A stretch of 34,830 bases of DNA from an uncultured Rhodopirellula sp. (lineage in GTDB: Bacteria; Planctomycetota; Planctomycetia; Pirellulales; Pirellulaceae): contig CAXGAI010000048.1 in the NCBI GenBank assembly GCA_964007735.1, positions 1 to 34,830 on the forward strand, given 5' to 3'. The notes under the pieces were generated by a model that worked only from the letters and a program-made list of their open reading frames with translations, was not told the DNA's origin and searched no databases. Positions 1 through 8,796 of the stretch are shown here, one piece after another (position 1 is the stretch's first letter; every line of letters starts with the position of its first letter). The position numbers and the translations under genes were made by a program.

Positions 1-17
1 CTTTATTTAGTTGTATT

Positions 18-959
18 GTGCTGCTCTATGCTTTGGCATTTTTGTTGACAGGTTCCACGGAAGACCGTTTTGTTACAACCCAAATTGACTTTGCGCCCCC
101 TGATGCGCAAGCACGGTCCCGAGCAATTGGCTATGTGAAGAATCTTGTTCCGGAATTAAAGAAAGCGTTGGGGGATGATTCGGCATTCGAACCGATTGCG
201 GTGCCTCGATCCGGAGATTGGCTGGCTACTCATAAGGAACCGGGCCAAACCTATGCACAATATTTGAATTCTGACTCGAATCGTCCTGACCGTCGCAGAA
301 ATATTATTTATCTTTTGCCCTTAGACGAATTCGAAACCCCGGCGTTAAAGGATTTAGCATCGTGCATGGAAGCATTTTACGGTCTCGAAACTGAAGTTCT
401 TCGTTTGTTGCCGATTCAAGGTTTGGGTATCACGACTCGCATTCATCCACAAACACAGAAGCGTCAGGCGCTCACCACCGATTTGTTGTCTGTACTAAAA
501 ACCAGGCTGCCCGCCAACGCTTATTGCCTGTTGGGTGTTACGATGACCGATCTATATCCTGCTGAATCATGGAATTTCGTGTTTGGACAGGCGAGTCTTC
601 AACAACGCGTTGGGGTGTATAGTTTTGCTAGATACCAACCCGGCTTTCCGGGCGCAGGTGATCCTGATGTAGCCAATGCAAGAATGTTTCGGAGAAGCGT
701 GAAAACGTTGCTACACGAAACGGCACATATGTTTGGCATGCAGCACTGCATCTACTACAGGTGTCTGGTAAACGGCAGTAATCATTTACAGGAAACCGAT
801 GCTGTTCCACTGCATTTCTGTCCAGTCTGTCTGCGCAAATCGTTTCGAGCTAATCCTGAATTACCGTCCGTTCGTTACCCACGTATTGCCGCCACTTTTC
901 GGGATGTTGGTTTGACGAAGGAGGCGGAGTGGTTTGAAGCACGTGTGAGTACGAAGTAA
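18..959 (+). CDS. Archaemetzincin-family (peptidase M54) zinc metalloprotease; 5' end possibly upstream of the window
   Basis: Motif HETAHMFGMQHC-x4-C...HFCPVC matches the archaemetzincin HExxHxxGxxHC-x4-C...CxxC signature, and DLYP...WNFVFGQA is also family-typical. The frame has no stop from position 3 to the GTG at 18, so the true start may lie outside the window. Confidence 0.88.
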   Translation: MLLYALAFLLTGSTEDRFVTTQIDFAPPDAQARSRAIGYVKNLVPELKKALGDDSAFEPIAVPRSGDWLATHKEPGQTYAQYLNSDSNRPDRRRNIIYLLPLDEFETPALKDLASCMEAFYGLETEVLRLLPIQGLGITTRIHPQTQKRQALTTDLLSVLKTRLPANAYCLLGVTMTDLYPAESWNFVFGQASLQQRVGVYSFARYQPGFPGAGDPDVANARMFRRSVKTLLHETAHMFGMQHCIYYRCLVNGSNHLQETDAVPLHFCPVCLRKSFRANPELPSVRYPRIAATFRDVGLTKEAEWFEARVSTK

Positions 960-982
960 CAGTATTTGTAAGAGCTTTAGCG

Positions 983-1624
983 ATGAGTCTAGAGAAAGTG
1001 AATAAACAAGATTGTCAGACAGTCAGTAAGCAGAACCTCCGGGAGCTTTATAAAGAGCCGTCGCAAATGGCCAAAGATAAGGTCCTTAAAAAACTCGATA
1101 AACACTGCCAACAATTCATTAGCCTTTCCCCTTTTGTGTGTTTGGCTACTACAGCGGCAGATGGTTCGCTTGACATCTCTCCGCGCGGTGATCCGCCTGG
1201 TTCGATAATAATTTTAAGCCCGACCGAATTGTTAATCCCTGATAGAACGGGTAACAATCGTCTCGATACGCTTTCCAATCTAACCGCAAAAGCCGAAATT
1301 GGGCTCCTGTTTCTGGTACCAGGTGTGATCGAAACGCTTCGCGTAAGTGGCTTGGCTTCAATTATTAAAGACGACGCCCGTCTGGAGGAATGCGTCATCA
1401 ATGGCAAGGTACCGCCCACTGGTATACTAGTGGAGGTGCAACGGGCTTTTCTACAATGTGGAAAAGCGCTGAAGCGATCCGCTCTCTGGGATGGCACCTA
1501 TCAAATCGACCGTAGTGCCCTACCCTCTTTTGGAACCATGCTGGCCGATCAGACGGGTGAAGAAGCACGAGCGGCGGAATTGGACTGTTCGATTGACGAC
1601 GCTTATCAGAACAAGCTGTATTAG
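983..1624 (+). CDS. Pyridoxamine 5'-phosphate oxidase-like FMN-binding protein (MSMEG_1061-type)
   Basis: Motifs DISPRGDPPG, IPDRTGNNRLDTLSNL, GLLFLVPG...ETLRVSG and FLQCGKALKRSALW are typical of this PPOX subfamily. Confidence 0.88.
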   Translation: MSLEKVNKQDCQTVSKQNLRELYKEPSQMAKDKVLKKLDKHCQQFISLSPFVCLATTAADGSLDISPRGDPPGSIIILSPTELLIPDRTGNNRLDTLSNLTAKAEIGLLFLVPGVIETLRVSGLASIIKDDARLEECVINGKVPPTGILVEVQRAFLQCGKALKRSALWDGTYQIDRSALPSFGTMLADQTGEEARAAELDCSIDDAYQNKLY

Positions 1625-1654
1625 CCCAAGATAGAGAAATCAAGCCTATGATGA

Positions 1655-4597
1655 CTATTCGTCGCGGGCCGGCATGTTAAGAATCCATTGTCGAATAACA
1701 TCGACAGCCTCTTCGTCAATCTGGTACGTGGCGATGATTGGCATCTGCCCGGCGCCTCGGGTGGCCACTCTTTTCAACAGCACGGAACGATCAGGTTTTC
1801 CCGGGACGATCAGTTTCCCATCGGGAATTCCTTTGAGGCCGTGGAGCGGTAAGATATCGATGACTTTCATCTCGGTTAATGTCCGACTCCACTCAAAGTG
1901 CATCTGCGAATTCCCACCTCCGGCCCCGACGTGGCATTGGGCACAGTTCGAGAAAATGTAGGAACGTGCCCGTGTTTCGATGGAAGCGGTCGGGTCATTG
2001 ATAGACGCCAGTTTTGGAGCCCCCTCGGTACCATGGGCAAACAAGCCATCATTAGCCAACGCCCGCTGGCCATCGTCGGGTTTTGCTTTCATCAAGGCTT
2101 CAGACGCCGCCTTTTTGTTGAATGATGAAAGGATTTCTCGTTGTTCGGCAAACTTGCCATGCTGGGCTGCAGTATTAAGTTGAATCTTCTCGGTTCTTTG
2201 TAAGTAGGAGAGTTGGTTTTCGATATGTCCCGAGTAATTGTAATCGCGGTTTAGCTGCGCGGTTTGAAGACCTAATACATATTTCGCAGCACGCGCATGA
2301 CACATCATGCATTCGCTGCGACTAGGGTATTTCCATTTGTGAAGTTTCATCCCATCAGCGGTGGAAACACGAAAGTCTTCTTCACGGCCCTCAGCAGGAA
2401 CCAGAAATGCATCCGTTTGGCTTTTGTTCCAGCGATAGGAATAACCCACCCATTCATTATCCTGTTTCGTCATAAACCGGGTTTCGATCCGTTGTCGGCT
2501 ATCTGGATTTTCTTCGTCCATCTGCAGTGAAAATGACTTAACGATGACAGTCTTCTCAGGAAAATCCCAGGGGCCGACATCCAGCACGCCAATTTTATCA
2601 TCCGGACTGGTAAGCACGACATGACGAGTTTTGTACGTACCGTCAGACCATAAAGGGGAATTAACGCCGTACGGTATCGCGCCCTCTTTTAATTTGTATG
2701 ACGCAACGTCGGAAAAAAGTCCGGAATCACTAAGTCGCCGTGGAAAACTCCGGGAATAATCCTCCTGATCGTTCGGCACAAGTTTATTTATTTCGCCGCC
2801 ATTCTGGTAATCCAGTACTAGTAAGTCGCCATCGGCATCCTCTAGAAAACAGGCAATTGCCATTTGCGAATCTGCAATCTCTTTGTGCCAAACCACACGT
2901 TTTCCATTATGCTTTCCCGCCCAGATCTTTCCGGTTGAGTAGTCCCCGTAAATATAGGCTCCCTGAAGTTCCGGGTATTTGTCTCCGTAATAGACGATTC
3001 CACCGGTGAGCGATCGGGCTTCGGAATGAGCGTGTTCAAACGTCGGTTTTGTGTGTGGATCCGGGCCCAGTTGTCGTTCGAGGTAAAACGGTTTGCTGCC
3101 TTCATAAACACTCCATCCCCAATTGGCGCCGCGTTGAACAAGGTAGATTTGCTCCCATAAATCCTGACCATTGTTGCCAATCCAGATTTGTCCGCTTCTG
3201 GCGTCGGTGGTCATACGCCAGGGATTACGTAGTCCGTAAGCATAGGTTTCAGGTGCTGTTCCCTCACGACCAACAAATGGATTGTCGTTCGGAACGACGT
3301 AGCCTGTTTGTTCATTGGCGGAATCGACATCCAGCCGAAGTAATTTAGCAAGGAGATGATCCAGGCGTTGCCCGGCAATATCGTCGTCTGAGTCAGAGGT
3401 TCCATCGCCTGTTGTGACGTAAAGCATTCCATCGAGACCGAACGTGACCGCTGCTCCGTTGTGACCATTGGATGGCCACTTGATAATTAATTTCTGTGTT
3501 TCCGGCGCAATCACGCCATCCTTTACCGTATAGCGGTGTACGTATCCGTTGGAACCCGCACCGGACGCGTCATTTAATCCGAGAAAGATATAACCGTTGT
3601 TAGCATAATCGGGGTGAAAACATAGGTTGTATGCCAGTTCTTTCATACGCAGCATTTCAGTTAGTTCACCGGTCTCGCGGTGGATCCGAACAAGCCTACA
3701 TTTACCCTCCGGATTGTCCTGCGTAACGGCCAGCAATTCATTGGTACCAGGTTCCAATGCGAGAAAAATGGGGGTTTTTAATTCGAAGTGTTCGTACTTG
3801 CGAACCGCCTTGAACGGTGGCGGCGGAATGGGGGCCCCGATAACACGGCTGGAGGGATTGTCGAATGGGCCTGTGAGGACCGGAGGCTTAACGAATTTGA
3901 TTCGTCCATATTTGTCGAGTTGGTGAAAATTTTCTTCACTAAGATGTGCCGAACTCGAGAGCTCAGCGTCCTTGTCGTTTTGATAGTCGTAACGGCAAAG
4001 GGCGAATGACCACACCTCATCAGCTGCGGGCCGGCCTCCGGTCATTTTCATGTCACGCCAAAGAATGCGTCCTTCCACTTTCCAACCGTCTGCGTCCGCT
4101 TCGGTCACCACCTCGAAATTAAAGTTGTTAGCAGTGAGTTGTTTTAGAAATGTTTCTGAACGATTTTCGGAGTTGGGCCAGTAAATATCAAAAGTGGTGC
4201 CCAGGGGGCTAACCTGAAATTCATAATAGCCGGCGTGATTTGCGGAAGGGCGGAGAAACAATTCAAAGACGTCTTCAAACCACAGGCTGTCATCGTGCTC
4301 GCGTTTAGTTGCAATTACGTTAGCGTCTTCCATTTCCGCATAGAAGTAGAAGTAATCAAGATCCCAGGCTAGTTGGACGCTGGTTTCAGTTTTTGCGGCG
4401 TCACCGCTGATAGGCACGACAAACGGCGATAATCTGTTGGCGGATTTCCAGGCGAGTTCATCCGCTTTGCCGTCGAGCGTTATTGCGGTTGTTGAATAGA
4501 CACACAGGTACGGGTGGTCTGTTTCAGCAGCATGACAGGCGTGTAGCCATCCTACAGATGCGAGACAAAGCCATGCTGTAACGTTGATACGAACCAT
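1655..4597 (-). CDS. Secreted fusion: CBM9-like sugar-binding domain + PQQ-dependent glucose/sorbosone dehydrogenase (GSDH) propeller + diheme c-type cytochrome
   Basis: Has an N-terminal signal peptide. The CBM9-like region reads ITLDGKADELAW...AWDLDYFYF...DVFELFL...YYEFQVSPLG. GSDH motifs are FHPDY, HNGAAVTFGLDGMLYVTTGDG, YAYGLRNPWR, GANWGW and SLTGG..Y.G. The C-terminal region has PLWSDG, two CxxCH motifs (CMMCH at 2297-2311, CAQCH at 1931-1945) and QMP. Confidence 0.85.
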   Translation of the reverse strand: MVRINVTAWLCLASVGWLHACHAAETDHPYLCVYSTTAITLDGKADELAWKSANRLSPFVVPISGDAAKTETSVQLAWDLDYFYFYAEMEDANVIATKREHDDSLWFEDVFELFLRPSANHAGYYEFQVSPLGTTFDIYWPNSENRSETFLKQLTANNFNFEVVTEADADGWKVEGRILWRDMKMTGGRPAADEVWSFALCRYDYQNDKDAELSSSAHLSEENFHQLDKYGRIKFVKPPVLTGPFDNPSSRVIGAPIPPPPFKAVRKYEHFELKTPIFLALEPGTNELLAVTQDNPEGKCRLVRIHRETGELTEMLRMKELAYNLCFHPDYANNGYIFLGLNDASGAGSNGYVHRYTVKDGVIAPETQKLIIKWPSNGHNGAAVTFGLDGMLYVTTGDGTSDSDDDIAGQRLDHLLAKLLRLDVDSANEQTGYVVPNDNPFVGREGTAPETYAYGLRNPWRMTTDARSGQIWIGNNGQDLWEQIYLVQRGANWGWSVYEGSKPFYLERQLGPDPHTKPTFEHAHSEARSLTGGIVYYGDKYPELQGAYIYGDYSTGKIWAGKHNGKRVVWHKEIADSQMAIACFLEDADGDLLVLDYQNGGEINKLVPNDQEDYSRSFPRRLSDSGLFSDVASYKLKEGAIPYGVNSPLWSDGTYKTRHVVLTSPDDKIGVLDVGPWDFPEKTVIVKSFSLQMDEENPDSRQRIETRFMTKQDNEWVGYSYRWNKSQTDAFLVPAEGREEDFRVSTADGMKLHKWKYPSRSECMMCHARAAKYVLGLQTAQLNRDYNYSGHIENQLSYLQRTEKIQLNTAAQHGKFAEQREILSSFNKKAASEALMKAKPDDGQRALANDGLFAHGTEGAPKLASINDPTASIETRARSYIFSNCAQCHVGAGGGNSQMHFEWSRTLTEMKVIDILPLHGLKGIPDGKLIVPGKPDRSVLLKRVATRGAGQMPIIATYQIDEEAVDVIRQWILNMPARDE

Positions 4598-4662
4598 AGT
4601 AGAAGTAATTCGAGGCGAGTTATAGGGCGAATGATAGAACGGCGGTCAACCGATATCTTCCC

Positions 4663-4671
4663 ATTCTAACA
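4663..4671 (-). promoter_or_regulatory. Candidate extended -10 promoter element (TGtTAGAAT) for the dehydrogenase gene
   Basis: The minus strand reads cgaTGtTAGAATgg, about 65 nt upstream of the ATG at 4597. Confidence 0.45.
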
Positions 4672-4856
4672 TCGTTTTGCTGAGTGGACGTATAACTCTT
4701 TGCTGTTTGCTCGCTTGTTAACCAGGAAACAACTCAATTAGCTAAGGTTTCTGCGCGTGAGATGGTCTCTACTTTTGTAAAATCAACTTGGTGCCGCCAA
4801 ACCACATGGTGCCGGCACTTCGATATATTGAGATTAAATCTATACGGAGATAACAA

Positions 4857-6086
4857 ATGGACCTGAATCTAACCGTGATGCAGGCATTGGCATTGGCTAT
4901 AGCCGGGATGTGCCATGCTTTAATTGGTAGCGTTAAAGTTCCGCTTGCCAAACAGTTGGATATCGATGAATCGCGGATCGGGCAGCTGATCAGTGTGTTC
5001 GGGTTTACACTGATCCCCATGGCCTTTGCCGCAGGATATTTTGCGGATGAGGTTGGTCGCAATCCGGTTGTAGAGGTTGGGTTCATACTCGTGATTTTGA
5101 GTGTGATCGTTCTAGCCACTCTTAAAAGCTACAAGATGGCACTGGTTTCTATCCTGTTGTTAGGCACAGGATGGTCAGCATTGGTGAACGTATTAAACGC
5201 GTTGCAGGGACCGGCATTTTTAAGCCGAGAAGACGTGAAGGCAGAGAATCTTCCTTTTGCAATGAATCTGGGAGACTTCATTTTTGGCATGGGGGCTTTC
5301 ATCATGCCCATCGTGATCACGTTTATGATCAAAAACGTAGGACTCAAAAAAACGTTCGTTTCCTTCGCAGCGGTTGTCGCTGTCCCGTTGGTTTTATGTT
5401 TTTCGATTGATTTGGACGCGTATGTTGATGAATTCGATTCGTTGAAAAAAACGGCCGATACGACTGAAGTCATTGATAATGAAACCATTGATGCACCGCA
5501 GGTGCTTGGCTACGCGGACTTATTCGGTGATGCTGTTGTGATGTTGTGCTGTCTAGCGTTCTTCTTTCATGTGCCGGTAGAAGCCTGTGTTGGCGCCTGG
5601 GCAACAACGCTGATGATGGATCGTGGGACGAAGGAGGCAAAGGCAACCGGTTTACTTTCCGTTTTTTGGCTGTCTTTTACAGTCTCTCGATTGATCGCCG
5701 CATTAACACTCCCGGCAGGCAGTCACGAGGTGGCAATCATTGGATTTGCAACGGTGCTGCTAGCGGTGGTCTATGGACTGATTGAGAGTAAAAAAGCAAA
5801 TACTACCAATGTCCTTGTGATTGCTGCCGGTCTGATTTTAGGACCAATCTTCCCGATACTGATAGCCTTTTTAGTTGGACACGTGGACGTCAGTCTGCAA
5901 GGCCGTGCTATCGGCCTCTTCTTCTGTATTGGGGGTATTGGATGGGCATTGGTTCCCTTTCTCGTGGGTCGACAGGCAGTTAAGAGTGGACTGCAGAAGA
6001 GTTTTTATATTGTTGCCAGCTGCGTGGTTGGGCTGATGGTAAGTACCATTATTCTAGTCAGTCAACTATCAGGGATTGAGCACTAG
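4857..6086 (+). CDS. MFS transporter (possibly sugar-related)
   Basis: 409 aa with about 12 hydrophobic segments and a motif A-like GYFADEVGRN. A hydrophilic central loop separates the two halves. A GGAG RBS precedes the ATG. Confidence 0.88.
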   Translation: MDLNLTVMQALALAIAGMCHALIGSVKVPLAKQLDIDESRIGQLISVFGFTLIPMAFAAGYFADEVGRNPVVEVGFILVILSVIVLATLKSYKMALVSILLLGTGWSALVNVLNALQGPAFLSREDVKAENLPFAMNLGDFIFGMGAFIMPIVITFMIKNVGLKKTFVSFAAVVAVPLVLCFSIDLDAYVDEFDSLKKTADTTEVIDNETIDAPQVLGYADLFGDAVVMLCCLAFFFHVPVEACVGAWATTLMMDRGTKEAKATGLLSVFWLSFTVSRLIAALTLPAGSHEVAIIGFATVLLAVVYGLIESKKANTTNVLVIAAGLILGPIFPILIAFLVGHVDVSLQGRAIGLFFCIGGIGWALVPFLVGRQAVKSGLQKSFYIVASCVVGLMVSTIILVSQLSGIEH

Positions 6087-6102
6087 ATGAATGCACAGGT
6101 TG

Positions 6103-8796
6103 CTACTTTTTGCGGAACGTTTCGCTCTGTACCAGCGCGTGAATGAATTCCCTTACCGAATAGTTCTTCAAGGCAGCCTTATTCGTCATGTCTTCGGCTA
6201 ATGCATCATCGATGATGCTAAATGGTCTGCCCAAGGCATATTCGATTAAGTGCTCGGTGAACCCTCTCGCAAAATCACTCTCTCTCGCGAGGATATGGTT
6301 TCTAAGCTCTTGGTAGTCGGCGAACGATGGGCCATTGTGGAATGCTCCTGAGGCGTCGATCGTCCACTTCTTTTTATTGCTGCCTTTACCGGAGGTCGCA
6401 ATCACTCTCCACTTCCCGGCGGCATCAAAGTTCTCCATGCCGAATCCGACCGGATCTATCTTGCGGTGACAAGTGGCGCACTGAGGCTGCGACTGATGGG
6501 CCGCCAGGCGTTGGCGAGTGGTTAAAGCCTGATCTTCAAGTCTCGACAATTGGGGAACATTGGCTGGCGCTGGGGGTGGAGCGGAATGTAATAAATGCCT
6601 TAACACCCAAGCTCCCCTTTCCACCGGGCTGCTGTTCACCCCATCGCTTCCCATGGCGTGGATAGCTGCCATGCCTAGAAGTCCTCCGCGAGGTGATCCA
6701 GAGTCTAACTGAACCTTCTGAAATTCATCTCCTTTGACTCCTTCTATCCCATAAAAAACCGCCAAAAGACCGTTGATGAAAATATAATCAGCTTTGAGCA
6801 ACCGATTCAGGTGCCCATTATTGGGATTTTGCAATAGGTGAGCGAAGGAGTGATAGACTTCTTGCCGAGCAGCCGCTCGGGTGTTCTCATCAAATTCGCG
6901 ATGTAAGCTCGGGTCGAATTGAAAGAAATCGAGGCGTTCCATATCTAGCCATTGATGCACAAAGCCGGCCACAAACCGATTCGTACGGCGGTCATCGAGC
7001 ATCCGGTTAACCTGACTTGAGAGGTGCTCTGGCTTGTGCAGTGTTCCTTGTTGAGCGAGATCGAGCAACTCTTTGTCCGGAGGGGTACTCCAGAGAAAAT
7101 AGGCTAGTCTGACAGCCAATTCGCGATCATTCAAAAAACGGGACTGGCTATCATTGCCTGGTTCGTACAAGTATAGGAAACCGGGGGATGCCAGAATGAC
7201 GCTAAGTGGTGTTCTCAGGGCTACATCGATTGTTTCTCCTGCTGCTCGCCTGCCTTCGTATAGATGGACTAGTTGACTTAGAAAGCGAGGATCTGGTTTG
7301 ACTCCGCGAAGCGCGTGAACGCTGAATTGTTCAAGGATACTGCGTGCCCAGTCGGTATCCCGGTCGTTGGCCGTCTGCTTGTTTGAGCTTAATAGCTGCT
7401 GTAGCACCGCCTCAGTGCCAGTCGATGGGAGAGGTCCTTCCAGTTCCATCCAGTCAATCCAGATTGCCGGGTCGAAACCGTATCCATTCTGAGTCAGGGT
7501 TGACTGGTAGAGCCGGCGGAGACTGGTTGTCACCTGCGGTTGTCTTTCCTGAATGCCGAATTCTTTGGGAGAAGCCATCGTTACCTGGACAGCGGTTTCG
7601 ATGATGGTCGGCGCCTCAATGGTTCCCGTTACATGGTGGCTGCTAAGGGGCAAAGAGGCATGTCCAAGTGGTGCTCCATTACGACGTTGAGGATGTCCGA
7701 CTTCTATGAACCGGCGGTATTGTGGCGATCCCTCGACAGCGCCGGCTCGTATGCGTAACTTGTATCGACCTGGGGGTACCTCGCTCGGATCGGGTGTCAG
7801 GTCAAAACGGCCTATACCCCATACCAGTTTGAGATAGGCTCCGGTGTCGTTGTGTGGAAGATTCATATAGTGCTTAAAATAGGACTGCTTGCGGATAAAG
7901 CTGCCCGTATTATGGAATGTAGCATCATTCGAATCGCGAAAACCGAAATCTTTAGCATTAGGCGAGCCTGTCAACCTGTCTGCGGATTGGTAGAACAAAT
8001 GCGGGTGCAGCACTCTTTTATCGGTCTTTGCGATCTCCGCGATGATCGCCTTATTCTCTGGTGAGTCTTTTATTCGGTCGACTTCAGTTTTCCACTGCTG
8101 ATATCGTATTTGGGCTTCATCAATCTTTTCGATTTCGCGGAGATTACGTGGATTAATATCCTGCTCCACTTCCATACGGAATACTCTGGAACCCTCCGCA
8201 ATGGCCGCCTCTCGGGCAAACATTTCGTCAATTGCGTTCCGACCGAGTTGGAGGTACTTTTCAAATTGATCGCTCGACAGAAAGAGCGATGCCCCAATTG
8301 TATCGAAACCTTCCCCACTGTCGGAGGGTAGAGTCAAAACGTCAACATCGACGCCGATAAGGTGCTTGATACTGTTTGCATACTCGCGCCGATTAAGTCG
8401 TCGCATCGTAATTGTACCGCCCGAGTCCGACAGGGATTTACGGGCGGTGACCATGGTTTGGGCCAGTACTTCAAGGAAGTCAGCTTTTTCCTTGCTCTGG
8501 GGTTGGTCCGCGTCTTTGGGAGGCATTTCACCTGCATTAAGTGCGTTTAGTACCTTTTGCCAAAGCTCAGCCTGTTCGATTGTCTTGATCTTCGGTGGGA
8601 GAGAAGCCAGATCAACTTTACCCTCTTTGGTTTCGTTGTTATGACACGAAACACAGTAGCGGTTGAGAAATGTTCGTTCATGAGTTGGCGGGTTGGCTGT
8701 TGGTTGAGCTGCTTGAAGAGCGTAGGTGACTAAGATCGATGCAAATACACTTTGCTTAAAAACGAGGTTCAATAAATAGGGGAGTCGTGTAATCAC
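6103..8796 (-). CDS. DUF1592-family protein (planctomycete cytochrome c + DUF1587/1595/1592/1588/1585 domains)
   Basis: N-terminal CVSCH...MPP, then MRRLNRREYANSI, ELAVRLAYFLWSTPPD, FVHQWL, RGGLLG, SSPVERGAWV and CATCHRKIDPVGFGMENFD, ending in LIEYALGR. The GTG start overlaps the upstream TAG stop by 1 nt (TAGTG). Confidence 0.92.
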   Translation of the reverse strand: MITRLPYLLNLVFKQSVFASILVTYALQAAQPTANPPTHERTFLNRYCVSCHNNETKEGKVDLASLPPKIKTIEQAELWQKVLNALNAGEMPPKDADQPQSKEKADFLEVLAQTMVTARKSLSDSGGTITMRRLNRREYANSIKHLIGVDVDVLTLPSDSGEGFDTIGASLFLSSDQFEKYLQLGRNAIDEMFAREAAIAEGSRVFRMEVEQDINPRNLREIEKIDEAQIRYQQWKTEVDRIKDSPENKAIIAEIAKTDKRVLHPHLFYQSADRLTGSPNAKDFGFRDSNDATFHNTGSFIRKQSYFKHYMNLPHNDTGAYLKLVWGIGRFDLTPDPSEVPPGRYKLRIRAGAVEGSPQYRRFIEVGHPQRRNGAPLGHASLPLSSHHVTGTIEAPTIIETAVQVTMASPKEFGIQERQPQVTTSLRRLYQSTLTQNGYGFDPAIWIDWMELEGPLPSTGTEAVLQQLLSSNKQTANDRDTDWARSILEQFSVHALRGVKPDPRFLSQLVHLYEGRRAAGETIDVALRTPLSVILASPGFLYLYEPGNDSQSRFLNDRELAVRLAYFLWSTPPDKELLDLAQQGTLHKPEHLSSQVNRMLDDRRTNRFVAGFVHQWLDMERLDFFQFDPSLHREFDENTRAAARQEVYHSFAHLLQNPNNGHLNRLLKADYIFINGLLAVFYGIEGVKGDEFQKVQLDSGSPRGGLLGMAAIHAMGSDGVNSSPVERGAWVLRHLLHSAPPPAPANVPQLSRLEDQALTTRQRLAAHQSQPQCATCHRKIDPVGFGMENFDAAGKWRVIATSGKGSNKKKWTIDASGAFHNGPSFADYQELRNHILARESDFARGFTEHLIEYALGRPFSIIDDALAEDMTNKAALKNYSVREFIHALVQSETFRKK

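Noticed and set aside
4530..4597. Lipoprotein lipobox (LHAC) in the dehydrogenase leader
   Set aside because: His at -2 does not fit the lipobox consensus, so ordinary signal peptidase I cleavage is at least as likely.
4780..4830. Possible sigma-54 promoter (GGCAC words)
   Set aside because: None of the GGCAC occurrences has GC at the required GG-N10-GC spacing.
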